Source: Fidelibacterota bacterium
Lineage (GTDB): Bacteria; Fidelibacterota; Marinisomatia; Marinisomatales; Marinisomataceae
Length of the DNA stretch: 64,000 nucleotides
Direction: 5' to 3'
Assembly (NCBI GenBank): GCA_045560295.1
Contig: JBJKZL010000001.1
Location: 661,973-725,972, forward strand
Shown piece after piece: positions 31,075 through 40,576 of this stretch (position 1 is its first letter; each line of letters opens with the position of its first letter). The notes beneath the pieces are model-generated. The model was not told where the DNA came from, ran no database searches, and saw only the letters and a program-made list of their open reading frames with translations. The position numbers were made by a program, and so were the translations under genes.

Positions 31075-31491
31075 ATGATGAAAAAAATTGGATACACAAC
31101 AGGTTGCTTTGATTTATTTCATATTGGCCATCTAAATATTTTAAAACGAGCTAGATTAGAATGTGACTATCTTATCGTTGGGGTTACTAGTGACGAACTC
31201 TCAATATCTGCAAAAAAGAAGAGGCTAGTTATTCCATTTCAAGAAAGAATGGATATTGTTGAATCTATTAAATTTGTTGACGAGGTAGTACCACAAACTA
31301 GTTATGATAAAATGGAAGCTTGGAATAATTTAAAATTTGATAAAATGTTTGTTGGAGATGATTGGAAAGGCACTGATCAATGGAATCAGATTGAAAAAGA
31401 ATTTTCTCAATATGGAGTTGAAATAATCTATTTTCCTTACACCACTCATACCTCAAGTACTGTTCTAAGAAAAATACTTTCGAAAAGCTAA
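31075..31491 (+). CDS. tagD: Glycerol-3-phosphate cytidylyltransferase
   Basis: YTTGCFDLFHIGHLNIL, FVGDDWKG, YT..TSST. Confidence 0.88.
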   Translation: MMKKIGYTTGCFDLFHIGHLNILKRARLECDYLIVGVTSDELSISAKKKRLVIPFQERMDIVESIKFVDEVVPQTSYDKMEAWNNLKFDKMFVGDDWKGTDQWNQIEKEFSQYGVEIIYFPYTTHTSSTVLRKILSKS

Positions 31492-31535
31492 TTAATTTCA
31501 AACATTTTCATAACAATACTAAATTAAAATGTTAA

Positions 31536-32570
31536 ATGAATATTTTATATGGTATCTCTGCTACTGGTAATGGTCATATTTCTAGATCAAGAATTATCAT
31601 ATCTGCGTTAAAAAAAAGAGGACATAATATTACAGTACTTTTTAGCGGTAGAGATATAAAAGATCTATTTGATACAAAAGAATTTGAACCTTTCATTGCC
31701 AAAAAAGGATTTACTTTCAAAATCAAAAATGGAAAGGTTCAATATTTTAGTACTTTATTAAATACAAATATATATAATTTTTTTTACGATATTTTTAAAA
31801 TAAACAATGATTATGATGTTGTAGTAACTGATTTTGAACCTATATCAGCTTTTGCGGCTAAAAAATTCAATATTCCATGTATTGGCGTTGGTCACCAATA
31901 CTCTTTCAATACTAATATACCCATGACGATAAAAATGAAATTTTTTAGTTTATTTTTTCCAAAATTTTTTACCCCAGTTGATAAATCAATTGCATCACAT
32001 TTCTATCATTTTAACCAACCAATCTTACCACCGTTTATTGATGAAAAATTGCAGAACAGCAATAATGCTAAACAGAAAAAGGATGTTATTTTGGTTTACT
32101 TGCCTTGGGAAAGGCAAGATAAAATGCTAGATATTTGTTCAAAAATTAAAAGTAAAAAATTTATTTACTATACAAACATCGATGAACAACTTGAAGTCAA
32201 TAATGTTTTACTAAAACCCTTTTCAAACGTCAATTTTAAAAAGGATTTAATTGAATCAGAAGGTGTCATAACCAATGCAGGATTTCAGTTACCTTCCGAA
32301 TGTATTTTTTTAGGGAAAAAATTGTTATGTAAACCACTTCTAGGGCAACCAGAGCAGGAGCATAATGCTAAAATTCTGTCAGATTTAAAATTAGCTACAA
32401 CATGTAATAACTTAACTACTTCAACAATTAATGATTGGATTAAAAATAGTTCTAGTAGAAGAATTCAATATAAAAATCCTGTTGATTTAATGATTAAAAT
32501 TATTGAAAACCCTGAGATTGATTTTTCAAATGAAATTATTGATATTTGGGATACAAATGATAATTTATAA
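31536..32570 (+). CDS. MJ1255/VC2487-type GT-B glycosyltransferase
   Basis: ILYGISATGNGHISR, VTDFEP, GVGHQY, ITNAGFQLPSE, GQPEQEHNA. Confidence 0.85.
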   Translation: MNILYGISATGNGHISRSRIIISALKKRGHNITVLFSGRDIKDLFDTKEFEPFIAKKGFTFKIKNGKVQYFSTLLNTNIYNFFYDIFKINNDYDVVVTDFEPISAFAAKKFNIPCIGVGHQYSFNTNIPMTIKMKFFSLFFPKFFTPVDKSIASHFYHFNQPILPPFIDEKLQNSNNAKQKKDVILVYLPWERQDKMLDICSKIKSKKFIYYTNIDEQLEVNNVLLKPFSNVNFKKDLIESEGVITNAGFQLPSECIFLGKKLLCKPLLGQPEQEHNAKILSDLKLATTCNNLTTSTINDWIKNSSSRRIQYKNPVDLMIKIIENPEIDFSNEIIDIWDTNDNL

Positions 32571-33390
32571 TACCTTTCCGTACGCTGAACTAGATCATGA
32601 AAAATATGAAATAGAAAAAAGACGTCTTCAAGTTGAATTATTAAAACTTCAAGAATGGGTTATAAATAAAAATAAAAAAATAGCAATTATTTTTGAAGGT
32701 AGGGATGCTGCTGGTAAGGGCTCTACTATAAAACGATTCATTGAACATTTGATTCCTAAAAATGCCAAGGTGATTGAGCTTGGTATTCCAACAGAAAAAC
32801 AAAATAAACGATGGTTTAAGACTTATGAAAAACTTTTACCTAAAAAAGGAAAAATTCATTTCTTTGATAGATCATGGTATTCAAGAGCTTTAATACAACC
32901 AGCGATGGGTTATTGCAATGAAAAGCAATACAAATACTTTATGAAAAAAGTAAATGAATGGGAAGAAAAACAAGTCCAAAATGGATTAATTTTAATAAAA
33001 TTTTATCTTTCAATTTCCAAAGACAGTCAAAGTTTAAGATTTAAAATAAGGCAATCTCATAAACTAAAATATTGGAAGTTTTCAAATAATGACCTTATTG
33101 CTATGAGTAAATGGGATATTTTTTCACAATTTAAAAATCAAATGTTTCATCATACTTCTACAGCAACCAATCCATGGGTAGTAATCAATGCAAACAATAA
33201 AATGATTGGCAGGCTTAATGCAATGAGATATGTTTTATCTTCAATTCATTATGATAATAAAAAGGAGCTTAAACCTAAAAAATGGTCTAAGGATTCTTAC
33301 AAAAATAGTATTACATTTCATGGTGTCACATTCAAAAATCTTACAAAAGAACAATATGACTTATTATACAGAATCCAATCCAACACCTAA
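32557..33390 (+). CDS. ppk2: Polyphosphate kinase 2
   Basis: FEGRDAAGKG, FDRSWY, LKYWKFS; ATG 32557. Confidence 0.92.
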   Translation: MIIYNTFPYAELDHEKYEIEKRRLQVELLKLQEWVINKNKKIAIIFEGRDAAGKGSTIKRFIEHLIPKNAKVIELGIPTEKQNKRWFKTYEKLLPKKGKIHFFDRSWYSRALIQPAMGYCNEKQYKYFMKKVNEWEEKQVQNGLILIKFYLSISKDSQSLRFKIRQSHKLKYWKFSNNDLIAMSKWDIFSQFKNQMFHHTSTATNPWVVINANNKMIGRLNAMRYVLSSIHYDNKKELKPKKWSKDSYKNSITFHGVTFKNLTKEQYDLLYRIQSNT

Positions 33391-33838
33391 GTTTGATACT
33401 GCTGGGGGCATTGTTCTTTGCAATAAAAAATTGTTGTTTATCTATAAAAGAGGAATGTGGGACTTACCAAAAGGCAAAATTGAATTCAATCATACCACAG
33501 AATCAACAGCTGTTCGAGAAATTTCAGAAGAAACTGGTCTTAAAGAAAATGATTTAACTGTCATAAATAAACTTCCAAAAACAAAATACTATAAAAAGGT
33601 TAATGGTGAAGCTTTTTTAAAAAAAAATTATTGGTTTATCATCAATTATACTGGAGACCCTTTAACGACTTTAGTTCCTGACCAGAGTGAGGGTATAACA
33701 GAATGTAAGTGGGTTGATCTTAATAATTTGGATTCTATCATTACAAATACTCATGCAAGAATAAGTTATTTAATTGACTATTTTTTAAATGATCCAGATT
33801 TTGAGAATTATTTGAACGGCTCAGTATTAAACAACTGA
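33356..33838 (+). CDS. NUDIX hydrolase
   Basis: AGGIV, WDLPKGKIE...AVREISEETG; ATG 33356. Confidence 0.9.
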   Translation: MTYYTESNPTPKFDTAGGIVLCNKKLLFIYKRGMWDLPKGKIEFNHTTESTAVREISEETGLKENDLTVINKLPKTKYYKKVNGEAFLKKNYWFIINYTGDPLTTLVPDQSEGITECKWVDLNNLDSIITNTHARISYLIDYFLNDPDFENYLNGSVLNN

Positions 33839-34068
33839 ACAAGATCTTCAAATCCGCCAATAGGTAAATCATTAATTAAAATTTGAGGTACTGTTGGCCC
33901 CTTAGTAATCGAAGCCATCTGTTCGCGTGACATATCGTTCTCTTCAATGTCAATCTCAGTGAAACTATAACCTTTTTCAGATAATAGTCTTTTTGCCATT
34001 TTACAAGGCCCGCACCAGGATGTGGTATAAATTTTAATTGTAGTATTTTTTGGAGTCCTTTTTTCCAT
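33808..34068 (-). CDS. Glutaredoxin-like protein, copy 1 (WCGPC)
   Basis: IYTTSWCGPC, TVPQI, IGGFED. Confidence 0.9.
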   Translation of the reverse strand: MEKRTPKNTTIKIYTTSWCGPCKMAKRLLSEKGYSFTEIDIEENDMSREQMASITKGPTVPQILINDLPIGGFEDLVQLFNTEPFK

Positions 34069-34129
34069 GCGCAAATATAGTATTTTTTTCTAAAAACAAA
34101 CAAGTCTCTAACACAATACTAATTTTTAA

Positions 34130-34912
34130 GTGCTTAATTCTATGATGTCAAAATATAAATCTATTTTTATTTCAGACATTCATTTAGGGTCTCGAGGTTC
34201 AAAAGCAAAACTATTATATAAATTTTTAGATTATATAGAAGATGATGTAGGTACTGATAATTTATTTATTGTTGGAGACTTAATTGATATTTGGGCATTA
34301 AAAAGAAAATGGAAATTTCCGAAGTCTCATTCTAATATTGTTAGGAAGTTACTGGGAATGGCCAAACGAGGCATTCATGTCACTTACTTACCTGGAAATC
34401 ATGATGAAACATTTAAAGAGTTTTCTGGCAATAAATTTGGAAAAATAAAAATTAAAAACTTCTGCACCTATAAATCTGTAAATAAAAAAAGATATTATGT
34501 ATGTCATGGTGATGAATTTGATATCTTTATGACTCCAAAATTTAGCTGGATATCTCATTTAGGCGGAGGTATATATGAAAGAATTTTATGGATGAATCAA
34601 ATCCTTAATTGGTGGAGGAAAAAAACTGGTGGTAAATATTGGTCGCTATCAAAATATGTTAAAAGAAAAGCTAAAATAGCATCAAATGTCATTTCAAAAT
34701 ATGAAAATGCTTTAATTAATTCTGGAGAAAAAAAAGGATATGATGGAGTAATTTGTGGACATATTCATCATGCTGAGAATAAAATAATTAATGACTTTCA
34801 TTACTTAAATTCTGGAGACTGGGTTGATAGCTGCACTGCATTAGGAGAGGATTTTGATGGAAACTGGCATATTATTGATTGGGGTAACAAAATTTTTAAA
34901 AATAAACTTTAA
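34130..34912 (+). CDS. Metallophosphoesterase, UDP-2,3-diacylglucosamine diphosphatase (LpxH2-like)
   Basis: ISDIHLG, VGDLID, PGNHD, HGD, CGHIH, NSGDWV. Confidence 0.85.
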   Translation: MLNSMMSKYKSIFISDIHLGSRGSKAKLLYKFLDYIEDDVGTDNLFIVGDLIDIWALKRKWKFPKSHSNIVRKLLGMAKRGIHVTYLPGNHDETFKEFSGNKFGKIKIKNFCTYKSVNKKRYYVCHGDEFDIFMTPKFSWISHLGGGIYERILWMNQILNWWRKKTGGKYWSLSKYVKRKAKIASNVISKYENALINSGEKKGYDGVICGHIHHAENKIINDFHYLNSGDWVDSCTALGEDFDGNWHIIDWGNKIFKNKL

Positions 34913-34947
34913 TACTTTTCAACTCAGATAATAATATTTAATATTCG

Positions 34948-34972
34948 ATATGGAATTTGGATTATACTATTG
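34948..34972 (+). repeat. 25-bp direct repeat, copy 1
   Basis: ATATGGAATTTGGATTATACTATTG, identical to 36800-36824. Confidence 0.95.
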
Positions 34973-35409
34973 CAACATTGAAAAATGTATCAAAAAAGTT
35001 TATCATTTTTACAAACGTTGAACATATACAAAAGATTGAAAATATTACTTTAAAACCATTTTCAAATAAACATTTTAAATATGATCTAATGACATGTAGA
35101 TCTTTGATTACTAATGCTGGATTTCAATTGACTTCTGAAGCATTATTTCTTGGAAAACCAATACTTTGTAAGCCTGTTAAAGGTCAGCCTGAACAGGAAC
35201 ATAATGCAAAAATACTTCATGATCTTGGATATGCCACTGTATCGCAAGAGATTAATGCAACTACGATTAAAGATTGGCTTAATAAGAGTAAAAATATTAA
35301 AATAGATTTTTCAAATCCAATTGGTGTAATAGTAGACATCATTGAAAATAGAGAGAAGGATTTTTCAAATGAAATTAAGAGGTTATGGAAAATAGAAAAA
35401 ATTTATTAG
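34957..35409 (+). pseudogene. 5'-truncated paralog of the glycosyltransferase at 31536-32570
   Basis: Only the C-terminal ~150 aa remain (LKPFSN, ITNAGFQL.SE, GQPEQEHNAKIL, DFSNEI); begins inside the 25-bp repeat. Confidence 0.8.
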
Positions 35410-36467
35410 GCTATTCTGAAAAAAAGCTTGAGCAGTTTTTTCTAGATATAAATGAACCCTCATTCAGGGCGCAACAATTATTAAAATGGGTGCATCAGCA
35501 AGGTGAATTAGATTTTTCTAATATGAGCAATTTTAATAAACCGCTTAGAGAAAAAATGAAAGAAATAGCTGTTTTAATACCTCCCAAACTGAAGAAAGTG
35601 TTAGTATCAGATGATGGAACTAAAAAATATTTAATTGAGTTAGATTCAGGTTCGTCTATAGAAATGGTGCGTATTCCTGAAAAGAAAAGAATAACTCTAT
35701 GTATTTCTTCTCAGGCTGGTTGTGCACTAGCCTGCACATTTTGTGCTACAGGAGCGCAGGGTTTTGAGAAAAATTTAACAGCTGATGAAATTATTGGACA
35801 GCTCTGGTTAGCAAACTTTCATGATAAGGAAGATACTCCAATTACTAATGTCGTATTTATGGGAATGGGAGAACCACTTTTAAATTTTGAGCCTGTAATG
35901 GAATCTGCTGAAATTATGCGCGATGAATCAGCATATTTTTTGTCTAAAAAAAGAATAACTATTAGCACATCTGGATTAGTACCACAAATTAATAAGCTGG
36001 CTGAAAGAACAGATGTCTCACTTGCTATCTCTTTGCATGCGGCAGATGATGATTTGAGAGATATTATTGTTCCGATTAATAAAAAATATCCAATTGATGA
36101 CTTATTAAATGCATGTAAAAACTATCTAACTGTACATGAAGATAAGCGATATGTTACAATTGAATATATTTTAATAGATGGTATCAATGACTCTATGTCT
36201 CATGCTAGAAATCTTAGTAAAGTATTATCTGGACTTGCATGTAAGATTAATCTCATTCCTTTCAACCCATTTGATGGATGTGACTACAAACGATCTAATA
36301 ATAGAAATATTGAAGCATTTAAAAAGCATTTATTTGATAAGGGATATATTACAACACTTAGAATAACCAGAGGTGATGATATTGATGGGGCATGTGGACA
36401 ATTAGTAGGAAATTTAAAAAAGGCAACTAAAGGGAAAAAAGTTGTAGACCGTCAAGCTATGGCTTAA
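35385..36467 (+). CDS. rlmN: Dual-specificity RNA methyltransferase RlmN
   Basis: LCISSQAGCALACTFCATG, MGMGEP, ISLHA, RGDDIDGACGQL. Confidence 0.96.
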   Translation: MENRKNLLGYSEKKLEQFFLDINEPSFRAQQLLKWVHQQGELDFSNMSNFNKPLREKMKEIAVLIPPKLKKVLVSDDGTKKYLIELDSGSSIEMVRIPEKKRITLCISSQAGCALACTFCATGAQGFEKNLTADEIIGQLWLANFHDKEDTPITNVVFMGMGEPLLNFEPVMESAEIMRDESAYFLSKKRITISTSGLVPQINKLAERTDVSLAISLHAADDDLRDIIVPINKKYPIDDLLNACKNYLTVHEDKRYVTIEYILIDGINDSMSHARNLSKVLSGLACKINLIPFNPFDGCDYKRSNNRNIEAFKKHLFDKGYITTLRITRGDDIDGACGQLVGNLKKATKGKKVVDRQAMA

Positions 36468-36472
36468 TTATT

Positions 36473-36721
36473 TTAGTTGTCAAAGAGCTGCAATAAATCT
36501 GTAAAACCACCAATGGGAATTTTATTAATAACAATTTGAGGGACTGTTGTTCCTTTTGTCATTGCCGCCATTTCTTTTCTGCTAATATTATGCTTTTCAA
36601 TATCTATCTCTTTAAAAGAAAATCCATGTTCTGTTAGAAAATTTTTTGCCATTTTACATGGACCACACCAAACTGTGCTGTAAATAGTTATTTCAGTGTT
36701 TTCTGGCCTTAACTTATTCAT
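36473..36721 (-). CDS. Glutaredoxin-like protein, copy 2 (WCGPC)
   Basis: IYSTVWCGPC, TVPQI, IGGFTD. Confidence 0.9.
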   Translation of the reverse strand: MNKLRPENTEITIYSTVWCGPCKMAKNFLTEHGFSFKEIDIEKHNISRKEMAAMTKGTTVPQIVINKIPIGGFTDLLQLFDN

Positions 36722-36799
36722 GAAAGAATATACCTAGGGTCAATCAAGAAAGAAAAAATATTTTTATTTCTTATCATATATATTAATAGCTAAAATAGC

Positions 36800-36824
36800 A
36801 TATGGAATTTGGATTATACTATTG
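36800..36824 (+). repeat. 25-bp direct repeat, copy 2
   Basis: Identical to 34948-34972. Confidence 0.95.
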
Positions 36825-36885
36825 GGGAATATTTGGAGGAGTAATACTATTCGTATTTCTTGTCTCTTTACTTTTTAATCCCTAA
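36802..36885 (+). CDS. 27-aa single-TM small protein (not in ORF track)
   Basis: MEFGLYYWGIFGGVILFVFLVSLLFNP; ends 14 nt before the next ATG. Confidence 0.55.
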   Translation: MEFGLYYWGIFGGVILFVFLVSLLFNP

Positions 36886-36899
36886 AAAAAGACACTATT

Positions 36900-37130
36900 A
36901 TGGAATTTATACAATCATTTGGAGAATACTTAATTGCTAACCCAGCAGCAATGATTGCTGTATCTCTTTATCAAGGGTTATGGTCAATGCTTGGAGTATG
37001 GTTTGCAGCAAGAAATGATCATAAGATTTGGTTTGTTGTTATAGCACTTTCAAATACTATGGGTATAATTGAAATCATTTACTTAGCAAAAAAGACAACA
37101 TTTTTTAAAAACTTTAATATCAATGGGTAA
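36900..37130 (+). CDS. DUF5652-like small membrane protein
   Basis: WFAARNDHKIWFVV...NTMGIIEIIYL. Confidence 0.7.
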   Translation: MEFIQSFGEYLIANPAAMIAVSLYQGLWSMLGVWFAARNDHKIWFVVIALSNTMGIIEIIYLAKKTTFFKNFNING

Positions 37131-37329
37131 TAGACACTTTCCAACTATTATAGCACTTATTATGCTGGTAGCAATGCTAGGATTAATGAGTAATTGTCAA
37201 GTAAAGACAGATGTCCCATTAGAGTATAATGCTCCAACTGATATTAGCGAACATCTTGATGAAAATGGTGAGCCAATGAAAAAACGTATTGTGTCTTATG
37301 AATTTCAACGAGATAAAAAGAATCCTTGA
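37123..37329 (+). CDS. Small hypothetical exported protein or lipoprotein
   Basis: Hydrophobic N terminus ending MSNC; overlaps both neighbours. Confidence 0.6.
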   Translation: MGNRHFPTIIALIMLVAMLGLMSNCQVKTDVPLEYNAPTDISEHLDENGEPMKKRIVSYEFQRDKKNP

Positions 37330-38246
37330 AAAAAATATTTTCGATTGGCGTTTCACTTGCCTGTCTTTATCTAGCATTCCAACAGGTTAATTTATTAGAA
37401 GTTTTTACAGCTCTATCGAACACAAATCTTTCTTATATAATTTCAGCTTTAATCGTTACAGCTATCACTTTTTTTCTTAGAGCTTTAAGATGGAAAACTC
37501 TTCTAAAAAGTCCAAGATATCTTACTCTACAACATTATTCGTCATCCACACATATTGGATATTTCTTAAATAATATTCTCCCTTTTAGGGCAGGAGATAT
37601 TTTTCGCGCCAAATTATTATCAAACCATGATAAAGATATAAAACTAAGCTATTTGATTGGAAGTTTAGTTGCAGAAAAAATTATTGATCTTTGGGTTATT
37701 GGTCTCTTTACTATCATATTAATTCTGTTAGGATATACTAACTTATTTGGTTTTCAATTTATATTAACTGTTATTGCTATATCTTTTGTTAGTTCTTTAA
37801 TTATTTTTGGACGACAATCCCTATCTAATAAATTACTTGTCTCATTTCCATCATTAACAAATTTTGTTGCAGGATATAAGCTGGTTTCAGAGAATAGGAT
37901 TCGTTTATTAAGCTGGTCTATGCTTTTATGGATAAGTTTTGTTGTATATGTTATCTTTTCATTGAAAGCTATTGGAGTCAACTTAACACTAGAGCAGTCT
38001 TTAGGGCTGACCATCATATCTAGCATTGTTACTTCTCTGCCTATTGCTCCAGCTGCCATTGGAACATATCATTTAGCAGTCATTTATTGTCTACATAATT
38101 TATATGGTTTTAATTTAGAGTTAGCACAAACGGGTGCTATTGTTATGCATAGCATTTTTCTACTGTACAGTATTATAGTAGGTTATATATATTTAGTATC
38201 TGAAAATCTTAATATTGGATCAATAGTAAATGACGACAAAAACTAA
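37326..38246 (+). CDS. Lysylphosphatidylglycerol-synthase TM / flippase-like protein
   Basis: RALRWKTLL, GYFLNNILPFRAGD, EKIID, PIAPAAIGTYH. Confidence 0.85.
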   Translation: MKKIFSIGVSLACLYLAFQQVNLLEVFTALSNTNLSYIISALIVTAITFFLRALRWKTLLKSPRYLTLQHYSSSTHIGYFLNNILPFRAGDIFRAKLLSNHDKDIKLSYLIGSLVAEKIIDLWVIGLFTIILILLGYTNLFGFQFILTVIAISFVSSLIIFGRQSLSNKLLVSFPSLTNFVAGYKLVSENRIRLLSWSMLLWISFVVYVIFSLKAIGVNLTLEQSLGLTIISSIVTSLPIAPAAIGTYHLAVIYCLHNLYGFNLELAQTGAIVMHSIFLLYSIIVGYIYLVSENLNIGSIVNDDKN

Positions 38247-39123
38247 AGGATTGCTTACCGTATTATTCGCCTACACTATAGCAATAGGTTTAGGATATCT
38301 TTCTATTTCATACACTCTTCACTTAGGAGATATGTTACAAATATTTATTGCTGATATAATAGCAACATTTGTGATTTATGGTTTCAGTGTTGCATATAAA
38401 AACTCCTCATTCTATGATCCGTATTGGTCGGTAATTCCTCCTTTTATTCTTTTATTTTGGATATGGAAACAAGACTTTGTATTAAGCGGGACTTCGAGCT
38501 TATTAATCTACGCTATGTTATTTTGGTCCATTCGCTTAACAACAAATTGGATAAAAACGTGGGAAGGTTTACATCATGAAGATTGGCGCTATATTGATAT
38601 GAGGAAAAATCTAGGTAGCTCTTTTGAGATTCTAGGAAACTTTGGCGGCATTCATTTCTTTCCAACATTAATTGTATTTTTTTGCTGTATGCCAATGGGA
38701 GCAACTCTTTCATTGCAGGAAATTATCCCAGAGACAAGCATGCAAGCCTATGCTGGATTTTTTATATGTATTATAGGTGTCTTATATGAAATTATTTCTG
38801 ACGCCCAATTACATCGTTTTAGAGAAGAAAATCCACACCAAAAAGGGATTATAGAAACAGGTTTATGGAGTTATTCAAGACACCCAAATTATTACGGTGA
38901 AATCTTATTCTGGTGGGGGATATTCTTATTTGGTAATGCATTTACCGGAATGACATATTTGATTTTTGCTCCCATTGCAATGACATTAATGTTTTGGTAT
39001 GCTAGTATTCCTTGGATTGAAATCAAAATACTACGTACAAGACCTGCCTACAAAGATTATCAAAAAAGGGTTCATATTTTATTTCCAGAAATCACTATAT
39101 TAAAGCGCTTAATAGGTAAATAA
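38230..39123 (+). CDS. DUF1295 (steroid 5-alpha-reductase-like) membrane protein
   Basis: NSSFYDPYWS, EDWRY, GLWSYSRHPNYYGE. Confidence 0.88.
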   Translation: MTTKTKGLLTVLFAYTIAIGLGYLSISYTLHLGDMLQIFIADIIATFVIYGFSVAYKNSSFYDPYWSVIPPFILLFWIWKQDFVLSGTSSLLIYAMLFWSIRLTTNWIKTWEGLHHEDWRYIDMRKNLGSSFEILGNFGGIHFFPTLIVFFCCMPMGATLSLQEIIPETSMQAYAGFFICIIGVLYEIISDAQLHRFREENPHQKGIIETGLWSYSRHPNYYGEILFWWGIFLFGNAFTGMTYLIFAPIAMTLMFWYASIPWIEIKILRTRPAYKDYQKRVHILFPEITILKRLIGK

Positions 39124-39128
39124 AAAAT

Positions 39129-39394
39129 ATGGATAACAACACAATAACAGTTTTAAAAATTTTTGGAATAATTACTGTAATTCACTTTATTTTTTTTATG
39201 CTGGTAATGGTCCCTAATAAAACCTGGTATTTTTTCGGTTAATATTTCCTTCAGTGCTCAATCAAACTTTCTTCATTTGGCTTACTCTGGTTTTTATTTG
39301 GAATTTTGGATATCCCACGGCATCTCCAATTGAAGATGTTATGATTGCTGTGATTTTAGCAGCACTATCTTATCGATTAAATAAATCCAACTAA
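39129..39394 (+). pseudogene. Small membrane protein gene split by a one-base frameshift at a T6 tract
   Basis: MDNNTITVLKIFGIITVIHFIFFMLVMVPNKTWYFF then an early stop; a second frame continues RLIFPSVLNQTFFIWLTLVFIWNFGYPTASPIEDVMIAVILAALSYRLNKSN. Confidence 0.55.
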
Positions 39395-39907
39395 GTAAAA
39401 TTTAATTGTAATATCATCTTTCATTTTTATAGTCAGTAATGAAGGACGTTTAATTTTATAATCTGATAAACTGACAGAAAAATCTGCATCTACGATAATT
39501 TTCTTATCATCTAAAATAAAGTTTACCGGAATGGTAATTTCCTTTTGAACGCCATGAAAAAATAAAATTCCAGTGATCAAATACCCATTATCTTCTTTTG
39601 TTATTTGTGACGAAGTGAAACTCACTGTAGGATAAAAATAGTCTTCAATAACATCTAACATATTGGAATCACGATTTGAATTTTTACTATCAAAACTAAA
39701 TACAGGAACAAATAAGTCTACATTAGAAAAGGTAGGGTTATCTAAATCAAAAACAAATGAACCTTTAATCTCCTTTGATACGCCCGTCCAATTATGTGCA
39801 GGGTGCTTGCCATCATAAGAAATAAAGCTTTGCTCTATATCGATTGTCACTGGCACTCCTTGTGCAAATGTAGCTTGAAAGAACAGAATGATGATTAGCT
39901 TTCTCAT
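39377..39907 (-). CDS. YceI family isoprenoid/quinone-binding periplasmic protein
   Basis: Signal peptide, FDSKNSNRDSNM, YPTVSFTS, GILFFHGVQK. Confidence 0.88.
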   Translation of the reverse strand: MRKLIIILFFQATFAQGVPVTIDIEQSFISYDGKHPAHNWTGVSKEIKGSFVFDLDNPTFSNVDLFVPVFSFDSKNSNRDSNMLDVIEDYFYPTVSFTSSQITKEDNGYLITGILFFHGVQKEITIPVNFILDDKKIIVDADFSVSLSDYKIKRPSLLTIKMKDDITIKFYLVGFI

Positions 39908-40548
39908 TTAAAAAAAGTAATTCCTAACGCATCAAGGCTTAGTGCAAAAAACGCTACTGTGCCTGCTTTTAAATGAGCATCCATCAAATCATTATATCTT
40001 TTACCGTCCGCTACTGCTGCTTTAGCTAAGAAAGGTTGTGCCATCATTGCAGAAAAGTGAAGAATTGCCATTGTTCTGTGAAATTTAATTGAAGAGAAAT
40101 TATTATCGTACTTTCTTGCGGGAGGCGCAAAGATTGAAAGGGATGCACCTGTCATGTAAGTCGCATAGGTAAAATATCCCATCGCTTTATGTCGATCGTA
40201 ATGTTTATCCCAATAATCACTATCATCTCCATCATATAATTTTTTTCCTACATCATATTGATAAGCTAGACCAGCTAAAGTCAACATACCTATCCATTGA
40301 TGATGTTTTAACATTTTACGTCTGAGTTTCAATTCTTCTATTCTTGTCTCAGGTCCAATATCTAGTTTTCTAAAAACTCCTTCTTTTCCCCATATGATAG
40401 ATTTTACATAAGGCATATTATCTGGTAATCCAATTTCTTGAGGAGTAAATCTGTTATCATAGCTTTCCTGAGTCACAACAGATTGTGCTTTTATTGTCGA
40501 GAATAATAAAAAAATCGATAATATTATAAGTTTTCTTCTGAACAGCAT
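39904..40548 (-). CDS. Hypothetical membrane protein with His at TM helices (cytochrome b-like)
   Basis: Signal-like N terminus; KHHQWIG, RHKAMGY, FHRTMAILHF, AHLKAG. Confidence 0.6.
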   Translation of the reverse strand: MLFRRKLIILSIFLLFSTIKAQSVVTQESYDNRFTPQEIGLPDNMPYVKSIIWGKEGVFRKLDIGPETRIEELKLRRKMLKHHQWIGMLTLAGLAYQYDVGKKLYDGDDSDYWDKHYDRHKAMGYFTYATYMTGASLSIFAPPARKYDNNFSSIKFHRTMAILHFSAMMAQPFLAKAAVADGKRYNDLMDAHLKAGTVAFFALSLDALGITFFK

Positions 40549-40576
40549 ATTTTAGTAGTAAATTTTAACACTAAGT

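Noticed and set aside
34948-36824. Direct repeats as att sites or target duplication of a mobile element
   Set aside because: No integrase, transposase or terminal inverted repeats; the cargo is housekeeping.
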